DNA of 15,902 bases from Candidatus Bathyarchaeia archaeon (GCA_050012255.1 JBEKHN010000029.1:1-15902); one strand, 5' to 3'. Shown: positions 1 through 6,855, counted from the first letter of the stretch. The notes: generated by a model not told the origin, from the sequence alone. Program-made: numbers and translations.

Positions 1-74
1 TTACCATCCCATATTGTTGGTTTCTCTAAGGTTAGCACACGTTTCATTCGATTTTTCGCCTTGGACGATATCAT
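1..74 (-). CDS. 5' end of an unknown protein running off the window (MISSKAKNRMKRVLTLEKPTIWDG...)
   Basis: Minus-strand ATG at 74, preceded by GGGAGG-aaac (SD) and a TTTAAC box at 105..100. The frame stays open to the window edge. Confidence 0.6.
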   Translation of the reverse strand, partial: MISSKAKNRMKRVLTLEKPTIWDG

Positions 75-161
75 GTTTCCTCCCGTTCCTTCAGTCCTGG
101 TTAAACCATTTACACAGCGCGCGCGTAGTGATTGGATAAGACCAATGAGCACTTTATAGAC

Positions 162-710
162 TCAAGAACGAATTTCTCTATCTTCTGTTGATCGCCTTTG
201 ACAGTAAGATCTGAATAAACTGTATCTCTGCAGGCGTGGCCAGCCAGTCTTTGCATAAATTAGTTTTTCTGGATTTTTCCTCAGCCAGTTCATCATATGG
301 AAGAAGCTCTTTGCCTTTTTCTCGTCTCTTTCTTTTACTGGCTCATAACCCAAGTTTCTGATTTCGTCAAGGTATGCTATCTCCGTCAGCCTCTGCGGCT
401 CCCCGGTGACTGTGATTCTGTCGACTTGACTGCCGCCATACATCTCTCTTAAATGATCTACCGCTTCGTCGAAGATGTAGCCTCTGCAGATTTGAATTTG
501 TTCGTCTTTCTTGATTTGGAGTTTGCTCAGCAGTTGAAACACGACTGTCGAAGCCTGCTTCAGATACTCTTTTGATCGGAATCGCGGATATCTGAAGTAT
601 TTAACATCCAAGATATCGTATCTGAATTCCTGAGTCTCGCAGCGAAAGGCTCCTATGACCACGCCAAAAAGTAGGTCGCCTATGCCTGCATCGTCAACAA
701 TTATTGTCAG
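162..710 (-). CDS. Uncharacterised RNase H/HII-like fold protein (~182 aa), probable CTG start
   Basis: The 162..662 ORF stays open up to CTG at 710, directly after an in-frame TAG. The extension adds TIIVDDAGIGDLLFG, which resembles the RNase HII first-strand motif (xGxDEAGRG). CRGY and KTGW motifs lie downstream. Confidence 0.7.
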   Translation of the reverse strand: MTIIVDDAGIGDLLFGVVIGAFRCETQEFRYDILDVKYFRYPRFRSKEYLKQASTVVFQLLSKLQIKKDEQIQICRGYIFDEAVDHLREMYGGSQVDRITVTGEPQRLTEIAYLDEIRNLGYEPVKERDEKKAKSFFHMMNWLRKNPEKLIYAKTGWPRLQRYSLFRSYCQRRSTEDREIRS

Positions 711-969
711 CTAACCCCATCCCCTTGTGTAAGAGATAAATGAACCATACGCACATCTGTGAAAACGCCTCATATGTGCCTTATATTGTTTGTTTCTCGG
801 ATTTCTTGTCCCTCATGCACACGTGATATATTATTCTCCCAAAAAAGATCGAAGATTGTCCAAATCATGAAAGCCTGATGGGGTGGCTTAGGTCAAAGCC
901 CACGTTTGAACTGTGAGTTTCATGTCCATTGTTTTCCGTAGTTGCCTGCTATATCAAAGCGTCGTAGAT

Positions 970-998
970 GCGCGCGCAATCTGCACTAAAGTTAATAT
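970..998 (+). promoter_or_regulatory. GCGCGCGC box plus BRE/TATA-like element (ctaaaGTTAATAT) for the AT-hook gene
   Basis: Palindrome TGCGCGCGCA at 969-978, then GTTAATAT at 991-998 just upstream of the predicted leader hairpin. Confidence 0.5.
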
Positions 999-1012
999 TC
1001 TTAGCCTCCCCA

Positions 1013-1094
1013 TTGTCGATTTGGCCAAAGTGCTAACTATTGCTCTCTTGGACAAGTAGACTTCGGTATCGGTGGCACTCGGCTGAGTTGATGA
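1013..1094 (+). ncRNA. Putative structured 5' leader RNA (long stem with multibranch top) covering the start codon
   Basis: 1013-1026 pairs with 1081-1094 (14 contiguous pairs, 6 G.U). 1029-1035 pairs with 1073-1079. A C(UUCG)G tetraloop sits at 1061-1066. Confidence 0.45.
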
Positions 1095-1699
1095 CAATAA
1101 TTACTTCGAGAAATCGAGGCAGACCACGGAAGCATGGCTGGACAGAATTCGCGAATGTGGAGCATGATTCTTCACTTGAAGCTCAATACCTAAGATGGGC
1201 AAGTGTCAACAATCATGCACTAGCTAAATGTGCACATGATGGCTGCCCACAATGCGCAGGAAAAAGTTTCAGACTTAGGCATGACGTGAAATTCAACAAC
1301 ATACGGTTCTATTGCCCAAACTGCCGTTTTGAAACGTCATTTCACATAATAAACCCAAAACAAAGCCTTCGCTCAATTGAAGTCTACGATGAAAAAGGCA
1401 ATTTTGTTGGCACAAAGAACATTGACGATTACCATGAAAAAACTAGTCGAGAGAACGCTGACTCGCGAGTGATGATTTCTGAGCAAAAACTGGACTTGGG
1501 CGGCGAATGGTTCGACGGTGTCTCAGGCACCAATTCACAGTCTCGACACTTGACCCATGAGGAAGTACGGAAACGAATTGAGGACCGCAAGATGAAGAGA
1601 CTCATGGAAGCTAACGCTGATGAGATGGAAAGCATTGAACAAGATGAGCGGGGATCATTCTTCAAAGACGAGTTTCATGGAGACAATGTTACAGACTGA
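1091..1699 (+). CDS. Hypothetical protein with N-terminal AT-hook (RGRPRK), Zn ribbon (CPQC...CPNC) and charged/acidic C-terminus
   Basis: Long ORF. ATG 1091 is preferred over TTG 1040. RGRPRK is at nt 1115-1132, followed by two CxxC pairs. Confidence 0.8.
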   Translation: MTIITSRNRGRPRKHGWTEFANVEHDSSLEAQYLRWASVNNHALAKCAHDGCPQCAGKSFRLRHDVKFNNIRFYCPNCRFETSFHIINPKQSLRSIEVYDEKGNFVGTKNIDDYHEKTSRENADSRVMISEQKLDLGGEWFDGVSGTNSQSRHLTHEEVRKRIEDRKMKRLMEANADEMESIEQDERGSFFKDEFHGDNVTD

Positions 1700-1760
1700 T
1701 TTTCTGTAATATAGTATGAGGAAGAGCAGAAGCAACATTACTTTTCGAACATCAACAATT

Positions 1761-1791
1761 GCGCGCGCTTCTGTGCAGGCAAGATTTAACT
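1761..1791 (+). promoter_or_regulatory. GCGCGCGC box plus TATA-like TTTAAC for the small basic peptide gene
   Basis: GCGCGCGC at 1761-1768, TTTAACT at 1785-1791, ATGs at 1812 and 1830. Confidence 0.5.
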
Positions 1792-1829
1792 TCCAACTTT
1801 GACTATTCGAAATGGCGATTTTGTTGAGC

Positions 1830-1916
1830 ATGGGAAGTGCTAAGAAGAAACCGATGACAAAAAAGGAAAGGGAAGAGAGAAGAAAGAAGCACAAGGAGAA
1901 ACGCTTGAAGAAGTAG
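1830..1916 (+). CDS. Small Lys/Arg-rich peptide MGSAKKKPMTKKEREERRKKHKEKRLKK (28 aa; alternative start at 1812)
   Basis: Below the ORF-track cutoff. It has its own TATA-like box, SD-like GGCGAT at 1814-1819, a purine-rich coding strand and TAG at 1914-1916. Confidence 0.65.
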   Translation: MGSAKKKPMTKKEREERRKKHKEKRLKK

Positions 1917-1955
1917 TCTCAATCGTTGCGCATTATTCATTCTCAGCGAGCGCTG

Positions 1956-2129
1956 TTATTGAAGTTTTGCGCCACATTTTGGGCACTTAAGAGGATAGTT
2001 TTCTTTGCTTATCATTTTCACTCCGCAGCCGAAGCAGATGCAAATCTTGCATACTGGGCAATGGTAGTTTGCACCTTGAATGCGGTTGCCGCGCATGCTG
2101 CAAGGCTTGGTTAAGCAGTTATCAGACAT
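1956..2129 (-). CDS. Small Cys-rich zinc-finger protein (57 aa, 9 Cys, RING/C4C4-like spacing)
   Basis: ATG at 2129 follows GGGGGGAACAG (SD-like). Pattern C-x4-C...CPVC-x4-CFGC...CPKC. Confidence 0.8.
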   Translation of the reverse strand: MSDNCLTKPCSMRGNRIQGANYHCPVCKICICFGCGVKMISKENYPLKCPKCGAKLQ

Positions 2130-2246
2130 CTGTTCCCCCCCAGTGGAATGGAGATTTGCCACAATAAAGAACGCATGGTTTGAAGGTTAAAAGAAGTCTG
2201 GTCATGCAACATTCTTGAGAAATGGAGAGAGTGGAGTAGAAGTGAA

Positions 2247-2367
2247 CTACTTTCTAACTTGAATTAGCTCGTCTCTAACCGCCTCTGCCACGAACTCGGC
2301 TCAACTGAGGTATCCTAGAAAATCCTTATCAAGTATTTTGTAGCGCGCGGGGTTTGAGTGTGGTCAC
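2247..2367 (-). pseudogene. Degraded CopG/ribbon-helix-helix transcription factor
   Basis: The minus strand reads YKILDKDFLGYLS*AEFVAEAVRDELIQVRK*, matching the archaeal RHH helix-B signature GYxSxxEFVxEAVR. There is an in-frame TGA at 2303..2301, and the likely beta strand (VTTLKP) is in another frame. Confidence 0.6.
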
Positions 2368-2450
2368 CGGCGAGTATGGGACGGACGCAACCTCTTCAGG
2401 GAGAGAAAATGGAAAGTGCCCACCTAAACGGAAAATGTATCTGCCTAAGG

Positions 2451-2470
2451 CTTTATAAAGGGTATATAAG
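2451..2470 (+). promoter_or_regulatory. Tandem TATA boxes upstream of tbp
   Basis: Palindromic CTTTATAAAG at 2451-2460 and TATATAAG at 2463-2470. The ATG is at 2498. Confidence 0.7.
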
Positions 2471-2497
2471 CACTTCAGTAATAAGAAGTGGATTTCC

Positions 2498-3058
2498 ATG
2501 CCGAAGAGCACGGCCATAATAAAGATTGAGAACGTTGTTGCTTCTGCCACGCTGAACCAGAAGGTTGACTTGAACGCTATCGTCAAGAGTTATCCAGGCG
2601 TCGAGTACCGTCCAGAACAGTTCCCCGGCCTAGTGTATAGGCTCAAGAAGCCGAAGACGGCTACTCTGATCTTCAACTCTGGGAAAATGGTCTGCACAGG
2701 TGCAAAATCGGAACAGGAATCGCGCAGGGCAGTCATGAAAGTGATCAAAGAGTTGAAGAAGGGCGGAATAATCATCATCAGCAAGCCGGAGTTGAAGATT
2801 CAGAACATCGTTGCTTCCGGAATCCTCGGAGGAATGATAGACCTGGAGAAGGCTGCGTACACTCTTGGAAAGACGATGTACGAACCGGAACAGTTTCCAG
2901 GCCTGATATACAGGATGGACGAGCCCAAAGTTGTCATACTGTTGTTTGCAAGCGGGAAGCTTGTCTGCACTGGAGCGAAAAAAGAACAGGATGTTTACGA
3001 CGCTGTGCACAAGCTCCATGGGATATTGGAGGAGCAAACCCTAATTTTCTATGAATAG
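2498..3058 (+). CDS. tbp: TATA-box-binding protein
   Basis: Two TBP repeats: NVVAS...YRPEQFPGLVYR...LIFNSGKMVCTGAKS and NIVAS...YEPEQFPGLIYR...LLFASGKLVCTGAK. Confidence 0.99.
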   Translation: MPKSTAIIKIENVVASATLNQKVDLNAIVKSYPGVEYRPEQFPGLVYRLKKPKTATLIFNSGKMVCTGAKSEQESRRAVMKVIKELKKGGIIIISKPELKIQNIVASGILGGMIDLEKAAYTLGKTMYEPEQFPGLIYRMDEPKVVILLFASGKLVCTGAKKEQDVYDAVHKLHGILEEQTLIFYE

Positions 3059-3098
3059 ACTTCTTTCCTTCCATTCTGACCTATGTATCTGTCTTTCT

Positions 3099-3728
3099 CT
3101 ATCCTTTCTTGACCTGCTTCAAGATGGTCTTCAGCTGATCCTGATCAATCGTTCCTAGCTCGTGCAGGGTACTGACTATTTCAGTGATGTTGAGCAGCGC
3201 ATGAAGCTTCACGCCGGTCTTTGCAAGCTTTTCTCTTCCGCCTTCCTGCCTGTCTATGAGCACAACAGCGTCGGTCACCACGCCCCCTTCTGCCATTATG
3301 GCCCTTTCCGCCTTCTGTAAAGACAAGCCGGTTGTTACAAGGTCGTCCATCAACAGAACGCGGTTTCCAGGAGCAATTATTCCTTCTATCCTCCTCTCTC
3401 TTCCGTGAAAGCGCGCACCTTTTCGAACATACAGAAACGGTTTCTTCAAGTTGAAGGCAACTACTGATGCAAAGGGTATCCCCGCAACCGGTATCCCTGC
3501 TATCCTATCGACATTGCCCAATCCGATTTCGCTCCTTATGAACTCCACGAAGCAGTCGCAGATTTTCTCAAAGGCGTCAGGAAAGCTCGGGATGATTCTG
3601 AGATCTATGTAGTACGGACTCATCTTTCCGCTTGTGAGCTTGAAAGCGCCAAACTTCAAGGCCCCTATCCTATCCAGAACCTTGCTGATCTCAACCTTCA
3701 TGCCTTCGCTCTTTCTTTCAGTAGGCAA
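3099..3728 (-). CDS. pyrE: Orotate phosphoribosyltransferase
   Basis: GAFKLTSGKMSPYYIDLR, YVRK loop and PRPP-binding motif VLLMDDLVTTGLS. TTG start after GGTGTGA; alternative ATG at 3701. Confidence 0.96.
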   Translation of the reverse strand: MPTERKSEGMKVEISKVLDRIGALKFGAFKLTSGKMSPYYIDLRIIPSFPDAFEKICDCFVEFIRSEIGLGNVDRIAGIPVAGIPFASVVAFNLKKPFLYVRKGARFHGRERRIEGIIAPGNRVLLMDDLVTTGLSLQKAERAIMAEGGVVTDAVVLIDRQEGGREKLAKTGVKLHALLNITEIVSTLHELGTIDQDQLKTILKQVKKG

Positions 3729-3732
3729 TGTT

Positions 3733-4431
3733 TCACACCTTCTTAGTAACCTGGTAGATCTTCCCCGTCTCAGGTATCAGACACGTCGTCTTCGGCAGTT
3801 CCTTTTTCAGAAGCTCAGCGAACTCCTTCTGCTCCGATACTGAGCTGGTGTGGTAGGGCGCTGCCACTTTAGGCTTGGTCAACCTGACGATGTCAACACC
3901 GCTTGCAGGCGAAGCGCCGGGCGCGATGCCCACAGTGCAGAAAACTAGGTCCAACTTCTCTCTGTCGCCGATTGCTACCATCTCAGGAAAAGGAAGACTG
4001 TCCGCTGTGTGGAAAACTTTCACGCCATCCTCACTTGTTATTACAAAAGACACTGGCGTCGCCGCCGGAGGATGATTGCTTCTCTCAACCTTCACAGAGA
4101 CGTCGCCAAGCTTAACTTCAGAGCCAGGTTGCACTTCGTGAAGCTTTTCCGGGGGAATAGCGTTCCGCAGTCTTCTGGCAGATGTGGGGTCAGCGACTAC
4201 CATGCACTGCGTCAGCTTGTGGATCTCTGCCACCAGCGGTTGGTCTAGATGGTCGTAGTGCTCGTGGGTAACTAGGACTGCATCAACATTCCTGAAGTCT
4301 CGCGCCTTAACATCAACAGGGTCTACGACAAGCGTCTTCGAAGGCGTCTTAACAGTGACCCCAGCATATCGGTTAAACCACACGAACAAGATCTCGCTTT
4401 TAGACGGGTTCTCCGAGATGGACATTATCAT
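3733..4431 (-). CDS. Metallo-beta-lactamase-fold metal-dependent hydrolase (UlaG/lactamase_B_3-like)
   Basis: VVDP, THEHYDH (HxHxDH), FHTADS and PYH motifs. It ends 4 nt before pyrE, so the two are likely co-transcribed. Confidence 0.92.
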   Translation of the reverse strand: MIMSISENPSKSEILFVWFNRYAGVTVKTPSKTLVVDPVDVKARDFRNVDAVLVTHEHYDHLDQPLVAEIHKLTQCMVVADPTSARRLRNAIPPEKLHEVQPGSEVKLGDVSVKVERSNHPPAATPVSFVITSEDGVKVFHTADSLPFPEMVAIGDREKLDLVFCTVGIAPGASPASGVDIVRLTKPKVAAPYHTSSVSEQKEFAELLKKELPKTTCLIPETGKIYQVTKKV

Positions 4432-4604
4432 TTCCTCAAAGCTGATAATTACAACGTTTGAGTCTTAAGAATCTATGCTAATGCCAAATTATCAGGAACG
4501 CCTGCGCGCAGACTTTCTATGAGAACGGGCCTGCCGCATTTTTATCGTCCTTAACAAGGCTTAATAGCTTCTGGCTAGGTTTTTCAGTATTCAAGTGATG
4601 CTGC

Positions 4605-5888
4605 ATGGTTGACGCTTGGCTGCCTTATGGAAAATCGATGGTCTGCGTGAGGATTCCAGCACAGAACTTTTTAGGTTCAATAGAACCGAGAGAGAAACCG
4701 GGCGTATCAGACACTCGAGCTGAGGTTGAAGGGGCCCTGAAACAGCCTATTGGTTCGAAGAGGCTCGTTGAAATCGCTAAACCCGAAAGCCGGGTGGCAA
4801 TAGTTGTAGATGATGTGACTAGGCCGGCTCCAAGTTACCTCATGGTTCCACCGATACTTGATGAGCTGGACGCTGCGGGAGTGAAGCCCGAGAATGTGAC
4901 GGTTGTTTTTGCCTGCGGGTCCCACAGGCCTGTTACGCGTGAGGAAGCGCTCGGGCTTTTAGGTGAAGCTGTTCTCAACCGTGTGAAGACGGTGAGTCAC
5001 GACTGTAAGGCTCAAGACTTGGTTCACGTGGGAACAACTCATAAGCACGGAACAAAGGTGTACTTGAACCGGACTTTCGCGGAGGCAGATGTCAGAATCT
5101 TGACAGGAGACGTGTGTCTCCATTACTTTGCTGGCTACGGCGGTGGGAGAAAAAGCATCCTGCCGGGACTTTCGGGTGAGGAAACGATAAAGCACAATCA
5201 TGCCATGCTCTTGGACGCCCATGCGAAAACCGGCGTACTCAATGAAAACCCAGTCAGCGAGGACATGGCGGAGGCTGCAAAAATGGTCAGAGTCGATTTT
5301 GCGTTGAACGCTGTCATCAACAGCAAGCACGAGCTTGTCAAGGCTTTTTCAGGAGACCTCGATCAAGTGTTTTCCGAGGGTGTTAAGCTTGTCGACGAGA
5401 TGTACCGTGTGCAGGTGGAGCGCCGCGCAGACGTCGTTGTCGTCAGCCCTGGGGGGAATCCTGCAGACCTGAACCTCTTCCAAGCCTACAAGGCGGTGGA
5501 CAACGCTTTGGAAGCTGTTAAGCGTGGCGGCGTCATCGTTTTGGTCGCTGAACTTCCAGAAGGTCATGGAAACCAGGATTTCTACGATTGGATGGTTAAG
5601 TTCAAGGATTTGAAAGCCATGGAGAGCGAAGTCAAGCGCAACTTTGTCATGGGCGGAGCCAAGGCCTACTACTACACGAAGGCTTTGCAGAAGGCTCAGA
5701 TAATTCTCGTTTCCTCAATGCCAGACTATTATGCTGCGACGGTTTTCAAACTGAAGACCGCAAGGGCCGTAAACGATGCCCTCAATCAAGCCTTGACGAT
5801 CGCTGGGAAGAATGCCAAGGTCTGGACCATGCCCTATGGAAATTACACGTTGCCAGAGGTCAGAGCGGTCGCCGAAGAGGGCCATTAG
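4605..5888 (+). CDS. larA: Nickel-pincer-dependent lactate racemase (LarA) family protein
   Basis: DDVTRP, GSHR, HYFAGYGGGRKSILPG, HNH and DLNLFQAYKA motifs of LarA. Promoter-like CTTAATA lies near 4560. Confidence 0.93.
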   Translation: MVDAWLPYGKSMVCVRIPAQNFLGSIEPREKPGVSDTRAEVEGALKQPIGSKRLVEIAKPESRVAIVVDDVTRPAPSYLMVPPILDELDAAGVKPENVTVVFACGSHRPVTREEALGLLGEAVLNRVKTVSHDCKAQDLVHVGTTHKHGTKVYLNRTFAEADVRILTGDVCLHYFAGYGGGRKSILPGLSGEETIKHNHAMLLDAHAKTGVLNENPVSEDMAEAAKMVRVDFALNAVINSKHELVKAFSGDLDQVFSEGVKLVDEMYRVQVERRADVVVVSPGGNPADLNLFQAYKAVDNALEAVKRGGVIVLVAELPEGHGNQDFYDWMVKFKDLKAMESEVKRNFVMGGAKAYYYTKALQKAQIILVSSMPDYYAATVFKLKTARAVNDALNQALTIAGKNAKVWTMPYGNYTLPEVRAVAEEGH

Positions 5889-5889
5889 A

Positions 5890-6855
5890 ATGAGATTGTT
5901 GAAACCGCCAAGGCTTAATCGCGGCGACACCTTTGGCGTAGTTGCTCCTTCTTATCCTGTTGCTCCCTTTCAGAAGCTCTACGATCAGGGAATCAGAAAT
6001 CTGAAAAGCTTTGGCTTCAAAGTGAAGGAAGGCAAGACTGTGAAGCTTGAGCACATGGGTTACATGGCGGGAACAGACGCTCAGAGAGCCGAGGACATCA
6101 ACAAGATGTTTGCGGACAAAGAGGTCAAAGCCATCGTCTGTGCCATAGGAGGACAGGTTGCGATTCGAACTCTACGCTATCTGGATTTCGATTTGATAAA
6201 GGCCAACCCTAAGATTTTCTCAGGCATGAGCGACATCACAACCTTTCACGTTGCCTTTCTTGCAAAGACGGGTCTCAGCGGCCTTCACCAGTCAGATGTC
6301 ATTTTTGGCTTCGGAGCAGACCTGAAAAGCTTGGAAGCCAGTTACGAAATGGGGCTTTTTATGAAAATCACCGAAAACGCGGAGCCTCTGGGACTGCTAC
6401 CCAAGTTCACGCCGTGGGAAGTTTGGCGCGAAGGCAAGGCTGAAGCTAGGCTTTTCGGCGGAAACATCCCGTCATTGCAAACGTTGCTTTCAACTCCTTA
6501 CTTCCCAAAAATCGATCAGCCGGTTATCCTCTTCTGGGAATGCACGGCGAAGCCGCTTGAAAAGATAGACCAGGACCTGACTCAGTTCAGGGAAGCTGGC
6601 TTGTTTGAAAAGACGAGCGGCATGCTCATCGGCAAGATCAGGGGCGAGGAGCCCAACCAGCCTGGCACGATAAGGGACATGACCGAAGAAGTCAAGAAAG
6701 TGATCCTGGACATAGCTGAAGAATTTGATTTTCCCATCATCGCAAGCATGGATTTCGGTCACTACACGGCTAACCTGCCGTTGCCGTTTGGGCTCAAGGT
6801 GAGCATGAACACGGAAGGGGCAAGAGTCCGGATAAACGAGTCCTACGTGAACTAG
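5890..6855 (+). CDS. S66 family peptidase (LD-carboxypeptidase/MccF-like)
   Basis: KPPRL..GDT.GVVAPS, RAEDIN.MF.D, GMSDIT (Ser), LFWE (Glu) and DFGH (His). The real start is ATG 5890, 1 nt after the larA stop. Confidence 0.93.
   Translation: MRLLKPPRLNRGDTFGVVAPSYPVAPFQKLYDQGIRNLKSFGFKVKEGKTVKLEHMGYMAGTDAQRAEDINKMFADKEVKAIVCAIGGQVAIRTLRYLDFDLIKANPKIFSGMSDITTFHVAFLAKTGLSGLHQSDVIFGFGADLKSLEASYEMGLFMKITENAEPLGLLPKFTPWEVWREGKAEARLFGGNIPSLQTLLSTPYFPKIDQPVILFWECTAKPLEKIDQDLTQFREAGLFEKTSGMLIGKIRGEEPNQPGTIRDMTEEVKKVILDIAEEFDFPIIASMDFGHYTANLPLPFGLKVSMNTEGARVRINESYVN

Noticed and set aside
875-910. CTGATG plus stem as a hammerhead ribozyme or C/D box RNA
   Set aside because: It lacks CUGAUGA and the GAAA after stem II, and there is no properly ordered C and D box pair.
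1040-1090. N-terminal extension of the AT-hook ORF from TTG 1040
   Set aside because: No SD-like site, and the segment is better explained as a structured leader. Not fully excluded.
2301-2303. In-frame TGA as selenocysteine
   Set aside because: The position is not a Cys site in RHH proteins, the N-terminus is also broken, and no SECIS was recognised.
2405-2425. GGAAAGTGCCCACC resembling the RNase P RNA P4 5' strand
   Set aside because: There is no room or matching 3' P4 strand before tbp, and the adjacent region is better explained by the RHH remnant and promoter.
5812-5889. ORF-track start of the S66 peptidase at 5812
   Set aside because: It overlaps larA, and the family N-terminus begins at ATG 5890.
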